From Candidatus Hydrogenedentota bacterium (GTDB lineage Bacteria > Hydrogenedentota > Hydrogenedentia > Hydrogenedentales > SLHB01): a DNA stretch of 64,000 bases. The notes under the pieces were generated by a model, which was not told where the DNA came from, made no database searches, and saw only the letters and a list, made by a program, of their open reading frames with translations. The DNA is taken from assembly GCA_019695095.1 (NCBI GenBank), contig JAIBAQ010000008.1, positions 9,748 through 73,747 on the forward strand, in the 5' to 3' direction. Shown here piece by piece: positions 59,980 to 64,000 of the stretch (the stretch's first letter is position 1; the number at the start of each line of letters is the position of its first letter). A program made the translations under genes and the position numbers.

Positions 59980-60921
59980 TCAAACCATCTCCTTGGAGGT
60001 AAAACCTACATCCGGCACCGGACACTGGCCGCAGTCAATGAACCCTTCATACCTTCGATCGGCGACCGTCAGCAAGTCGCGTGAACAGAGCTCAACGATT
60101 TCGCCTGGAAGTAGGTTTATTCGAACCATTGTCTTGTTTTCAGTAAGCTGCGCACGTATCGCCCTGACAATCCTATTCTTCCGATGTACCAGTCTCCCAA
60201 TATCCAGAAACCACTTCCCCTTGGCATCTCCTATCAAATGAAGCAACTGTGCACTCACTATGTATTTGTCTCCGCAAATGACTGTGAATTCAACAAACTG
60301 TCCATCATTTACGAGTTTGGCAGACAAAAAAGACCCAAAGTTACGTCTTCGTATACTTCGCTTACTCAGTCTTGCTTGGACATATGGCCTGTTCTTCCGA
60401 CAGTACTGTCTCCATGGGACATATCCTCCTTGTTCTGGCCAAAAGAAATCCTCAAATGCCGGTTCGCACTGGCCAATAACATGGTCGGCATGAATCGTAT
60501 GCGCTTGGTTGTTGGAAAGATAAAGTTCAACAAAGCTGAACTCGGATCGCCTGCCGTAGTACCCTAGACGACTGAGCTTGATTCCTACTGTCCTTCGCAT
60601 GGAGCCGGAACGCATCGGAAGATGAGTCCTCCAATGCCTTGCCCAGCTTGCGAATTGATCCCGTGTGTCATGGGGCTCCGCCCACCACTTTCCTTGACTA
60701 TATATGAGATCGGGCACGCTGTACCAATCAGAGATATATGCAGTGCTGACTGTATATCTGGCTCCGTTGGGATACACGAAAACCACATTGGCTGCGTCCT
60801 CCGAAAGGAAACAATCTCGGAACGTGTTGTATGCAAAAGGCTCACTTCCTATTCCTTTGCCGATGACATGTGTCACTAGTGGAATTCGGTCGTTCAGCTT
60901 TCCCATCTCTTCTCTTCCCAT
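59980..60921 (-). CDS. Hypothetical protein, low-GC. Putative immunity protein for the upstream orphan RHS toxin.
   Basis: 313-aa ORF immediately downstream (same strand) of the RHS C-terminal cassette. Markedly lower GC than flanks. No recognisable domain. Confidence 0.45.
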   Translation of the reverse strand: MGREEMGKLNDRIPLVTHVIGKGIGSEPFAYNTFRDCFLSEDAANVVFVYPNGARYTVSTAYISDWYSVPDLIYSQGKWWAEPHDTRDQFASWARHWRTHLPMRSGSMRRTVGIKLSRLGYYGRRSEFSFVELYLSNNQAHTIHADHVIGQCEPAFEDFFWPEQGGYVPWRQYCRKNRPYVQARLSKRSIRRRNFGSFLSAKLVNDGQFVEFTVICGDKYIVSAQLLHLIGDAKGKWFLDIGRLVHRKNRIVRAIRAQLTENKTMVRINLLPGEIVELCSRDLLTVADRRYEGFIDCGQCPVPDVGFTSKEMV

Positions 60922-61035
60922 TCAGTATCTGCAATTCAGTCTTTGCATGTGTATGCGCTTACGCTATCGTAATCAAACTGGCTACTTGTAACTCTTTGGG
61001 GTGCTGCTGCTAAAACAGGTGTTGATGATAATGTT

Positions 61036-61908
61036 CTAGAAACAACGTTGCTGTCCACTTACATTTGGAAGCGGTGGTGGATATCTCAGAATTGTGGAAG
61101 GCTCATCATGGGGTACATAGGGAACGTAATGTTCAAGGGGAATCTCTGCGGCATCAAGTTCGGCGGGGCAATCCAGAAAGAGAAGTAGCGGCCCCAGAAA
61201 AGGTAATAAAGGCAATTTTGTTGGTGGCCTGGGTACGGGTGCCTTGCGCGGCTTTATCAGTCCTCTCTCTGTTAAGTGCTCTATAAGATTCTTAAGGCCA
61301 TCGTCGGATCCGGATCCAGGGACCGGTGTGCCATCCGGTCTCAACCGACAAATGGTTTTGCCTGGTCGTCCTCCGGCATTTGTCTTTACGTCTATGTGAT
61401 ATTCCTCTGGGGATATTCCGGGTCCTTTGTGTGAAGCAGTGTCTTTGCAGTACCAGTGTTGTTTGTATTTGAATTCCTTCTTCTTTCCAGCGAGGCCCAG
61501 TTCATCTACAAAGTGGGTTGGAATGCCAGATGCGTAGCTGTATAGATTTGATTCAACCTCAGCCAAATCCCTCGCCGTCCACCGCGCCAATCCTGGCGCG
61601 TAGTAACGGTACGGGGCGAAATACATCCCCGTGACGGGGTCGAGGTCGTGGCCGGTGTACGTACGCGTGGCGGACGCGCCGTCGTGGTACGTCGGGCCGC
61701 CGTACGGGTCATAGTCAAACCGCGCCAACGCCGCCTTCGCCTGACTGCGCAACGTCCGCGTCGACCCAAGATGATCCTGCGTATAATACCGCGCCGTCCC
61801 CGTCACCGGGTCGAGCCCCTGTATATCCGCCAACACATTCCCCCGCGACGCCGCACGCGATTGGGCTACGCTCCCTCCATCGCAAGGCTTCCCACTAGCT
61901 GCAGGCAT
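61036..61908 (-). CDS. Orphan RHS-repeat C-terminal cassette: conserved RHS core end (…YRYYAPGLARWTARD) fused to a variable C-terminal toxin domain of unknown type
   Basis: Contains the terminal RHS core motifs (RYYTQDHLGSTR, DYDPYGG, YRYYAPGLARWTARD). Followed by a unique ~190-aa C-terminus. Lacks the N-terminal ~1000-aa RHS shell, so it is a fragment. Confidence 0.7.
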   Translation of the reverse strand: MPAASGKPCDGGSVAQSRAASRGNVLADIQGLDPVTGTARYYTQDHLGSTRTLRSQAKAALARFDYDPYGGPTYHDGASATRTYTGHDLDPVTGMYFAPYRYYAPGLARWTARDLAEVESNLYSYASGIPTHFVDELGLAGKKKEFKYKQHWYCKDTASHKGPGISPEEYHIDVKTNAGGRPGKTICRLRPDGTPVPGSGSDDGLKNLIEHLTERGLIKPRKAPVPRPPTKLPLLPFLGPLLLFLDCPAELDAAEIPLEHYVPYVPHDEPSTILRYPPPLPNVSGQQRCF

Positions 61909-61979
61909 GTCATACGCCTGCTCGGCGTTTTATCTACTACTTAACTGAGATGTCCCAGTATTTCCAGATATAACTTTGC

Positions 61980-62828
61980 CTATTGTTGTTCCCCAGAGTT
62001 TTTAAATGAGTGACCAGGCGTGACAGTAAGAATTGATCCGTTCTTGCTGGACATCCAACTGACAAAGTATTCTTCGCTTCCATAATCGCCGGTTACAGAA
62101 AAACAATACCCTCCGAGTTGGTTGCCCAAACGATTTCTGGACACAAACCACGTCACGCAGTCGATGTCTGTCACAGGGCCAACTCTGTCATTTCCTACTG
62201 CCTCCATGCGTATCCTGCTGCGACTCTCTTCATATTCCGACCTGCGAAAGACATCGTATGCGGTGACAAATTGCCCGATCCCCAAGAAAGCGACACCCCC
62301 GGCCAGAATGGCTAGTCCCCTCTGACAACAGACAGGCAAATTCCTTGCGATTTCCGTAAGTATTATATTACACGGAACCCATAACCAAAGCGTTCCCTCG
62401 ATTGCACCTACCAACCCAGAAGGCCAATGAATACTCAACGCGCCTATCGCTGCGAACGTCATGAGGAGAAGCGTGGAGAGAATAAAGACTACAAATGTAG
62501 ATAAGTATTTTGCGGTCACCCGGCGCGAAGTTTCGGCGCCGATAAAGCAGTTCATGCAACGCGAGAGCACAAGGAACCAACTCACGGGCGCCAGAAGTAA
62601 ACTGACGAATACGGGCCACCTGGAACGAATAAACCGTGCTTCGGCAGGGACCAGAATGTGAGGCACCAACCCCAGAGCCATTATTATCCCAGAGCCAACG
62701 TAGCTCACGAGAATAGTGTCAAGATTCTTCACATTGATCCTTCCTTCATCGGAGCCCCTCTGGAAATTCGTTAGGGCATTATAAGAGGTATATTCAACGT
62801 ATCGCCTAGTGCGTTCTGTATTAGCCAT
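61980..62828 (-). CDS. Multi-pass membrane protein, low-GC. Putative immunity protein for the upstream orphan RHS toxin.
   Basis: 282 aa with ~6 hydrophobic helices. Sits directly downstream of the second RHS C-terminal cassette. Confidence 0.45.
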   Translation of the reverse strand: MANTERTRRYVEYTSYNALTNFQRGSDEGRINVKNLDTILVSYVGSGIIMALGLVPHILVPAEARFIRSRWPVFVSLLLAPVSWFLVLSRCMNCFIGAETSRRVTAKYLSTFVVFILSTLLLMTFAAIGALSIHWPSGLVGAIEGTLWLWVPCNIILTEIARNLPVCCQRGLAILAGGVAFLGIGQFVTAYDVFRRSEYEESRSRIRMEAVGNDRVGPVTDIDCVTWFVSRNRLGNQLGGYCFSVTGDYGSEEYFVSWMSSKNGSILTVTPGHSFKNSGEQQ

Positions 62829-63580
62829 TCAACCCATGTCATTTCACGCACGTTGGGATAGTAGAAGAATTCGTTCGTGTTGTGTATACAATTGTTGCTA
62901 AAAAGGTCAAAGCGTCGTTCAGATGACAGCTCGAACCATCGCTTGATCAGGGCTTCATCCTGCTCCGGTGTCGAGAGAGTATTGCTATATGGGACAGAGA
63001 ATACGTGCCAGTTATCAGGAGCAGCTGGTTCCTGAGTATAGTCTGGATGGCCTGCGAAGTTGGGCCAAGCATGGAGGTCAACCCATCCACCGGATCCCGC
63101 GGGTAGAGGCACTTTGTTTCCATATTCGTCGAAGTAATAGGGGGACTGTACGCGAATCCATTCATGCCCGTACAAATCGATTACCTTACACCTGTCCAGA
63201 CCAACTAGGTCTACTGACGTAGTCGATAAACCTCGCACGTAGGAATACATATTGGGGCCCTGCCTTTCCCCCAGCGGGTCCCTCGCCGTCCACCTTGCCA
63301 GCCCCGGCGCGTAGTACCTATACGGAGCGAAATACATGCCCGTGACGGGGTCGAGGTCGTGGCCGGTGTACGTACGCGTGGCGGACGCGCCGTCGTGGTA
63401 CGTCGGGCCGCCGTACGGGTCGTAGTCGAACCGCGCCAACGTCGCCTTCGCCTGACTGCGCAACGTCCGCGTCGACCCAAGATGATCCTGCGTGTAATAC
63501 CGCGCCGTCCCCGTCACCGGGTCATACCCCTGTATATCCGCCAACACATTCCCCCGCGACGCCGCCGGATGATCGATGAC
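62771..63580 (-). CDS. Orphan RHS-repeat C-terminal cassette 2 (RHS core end plus a different C-terminal toxin domain). The 5' boundary is uncertain: the track ORF runs to 63883 through the repeat block.
   Basis: Same ~95-aa conserved RHS core end as 61036..61908 (ASRGNVLADIQG…YRYYAPGLARWTARDP). It then diverges into a unique ~255-aa C-terminus (…DLFSNNCIHNTNEF…). Confidence 0.65.
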   Translation of the reverse strand, partial: VIDHPAASRGNVLADIQGYDPVTGTARYYTQDHLGSTRTLRSQAKATLARFDYDPYGGPTYHDGASATRTYTGHDLDPVTGMYFAPYRYYAPGLARWTARDPLGERQGPNMYSYVRGLSTTSVDLVGLDRCKVIDLYGHEWIRVQSPYYFDEYGNKVPLPAGSGGWVDLHAWPNFAGHPDYTQEPAAPDNWHVFSVPYSNTLSTPEQDEALIKRWFELSSERRFDLFSNNCIHNTNEFFYYPNVREMTWVEWLIQNALGDTLNIPLIMP

Positions 63581-63606
63581 ATAATACGCATTCGTGTCCC
63601 TGCCTT

Positions 63607-63935
63607 CGGCATGATCTGTGAAATCGGTGTCATCTGTGGACAAACTCTTCAGCTCCCAGAGACGGGGCAATGCATCAAGAATTTCAACCACAGATAGCGC
63701 AGATGGCACAGATAAAATCTCGCATTCGTAGCACCCTGTCTCTGCCGACACACCTGTCCGCCGCCGAAACAAGGGACTGACACAAGCGAAGCGACCGCAG
63801 GGAGCGCAGACGTGTCTGTCCCTTCTTTCGGCGCGGCTGCGCTCCCACAACCCCGATTGAGTAGCGACACCTTCGACTTGCATTCAGTAGCGCCAGCCTC
63901 GCCGAGGCGGCGACACGTAAGCGCTAACCTCTGAA
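63607..63935. repeat. Second copy of the hairpin-containing repeat block that brackets the RHS toxin/immunity island
   Basis: 63612-63680 matches 59351-59415 at ~85%. 63764-63832 is identical to 59669-59737. 63880-63925 matches 59570-59612. Confidence 0.7.
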
Positions 63936-64000
63936 CCCACCCAATGCCCTGCGTAACCCGCTGTCCAGGATACTCAGTACCTACGCCATCCACTACACCG

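Noticed and set aside
62771-63883. Track ORF start (MQVEGVATQ…) for the second RHS cassette
   Set aside because: The first ~100 codons run through the repeat/hairpin block and are not conserved with the other cassette. The biologically meaningful unit begins at the shared RHS core end (~63580). The true translational start cannot be determined from sequence alone.

Overview
High-GC (~60%) bacterial chromosomal window of 64 kb, densely coded on both strands, that contains the replication origin (DnaA-box pair directly upstream of dnaA).

Main content, in order:
- A degradative block at 38..8439 on the minus strand: secreted beta-propeller lipoprotein, secreted glycoside-hydrolase-like protein, and an M24 peptidase - CE4 deacetylase - M24 peptidase operon.
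- A divergent sodium:solute symporter, then a MacA-MacB-TolC-type tripartite efflux operon with a GTGA stop/start overlap.
- An MFS transporter, an ABC exporter and the pyruvate dehydrogenase operon aceE-aceF-lpdA.
- An ArsR-family regulator heading a plus-strand cluster of five SRPBCC/AHSA1-type paralogs plus VOC, GyrI-like and DoxX proteins, with a near-consensus sigma-70 promoter and a palindrome.
- dnaA with DnaA boxes and no dnaN; a TlpA-like redoxin; two tandem DUF4139-like paralogs; nnrE.

The standout system is at 38.7-49.9 kb. A stand-alone fatty acyl-AMP ligase is followed by a 2655-aa single-module type I PKS with the domain order ACP-KS-AT-(methyltransferase-like)-KR-ACP-sulfotransferase-thioesterase. 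A Sfp-type phosphopantetheinyl transferase follows. This is the CurM/Ols-type olefin-forming architecture (sulfonation-assisted decarboxylative chain release). It is unusual here for its split loading enzyme, its embedded SAM methyltransferase-like domain, and its setting in a high-GC genome.

The cluster is flanked by a ~460-bp element with terminal inverted repeats.

Downstream lie a GH29 fucosidase and an operon of apt - HAD hydrolase - an odd membrane protein whose two termini together look like a circularly permuted acyl carrier protein - VOC. Then a sigma-70 factor, an MFS transporter, an alpha/beta hydrolase and a Tat sulfatase.

The last ~4 kb is a lower-GC island of two orphan RHS C-terminal toxin cassettes, each with a putative immunity gene. 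Each RHS fragment carries a ~280-bp near-identical recombination-homology block. The island is bracketed by repeated 69-nt hairpin elements.

No rRNA, tRNA or CRISPR array was recognised.
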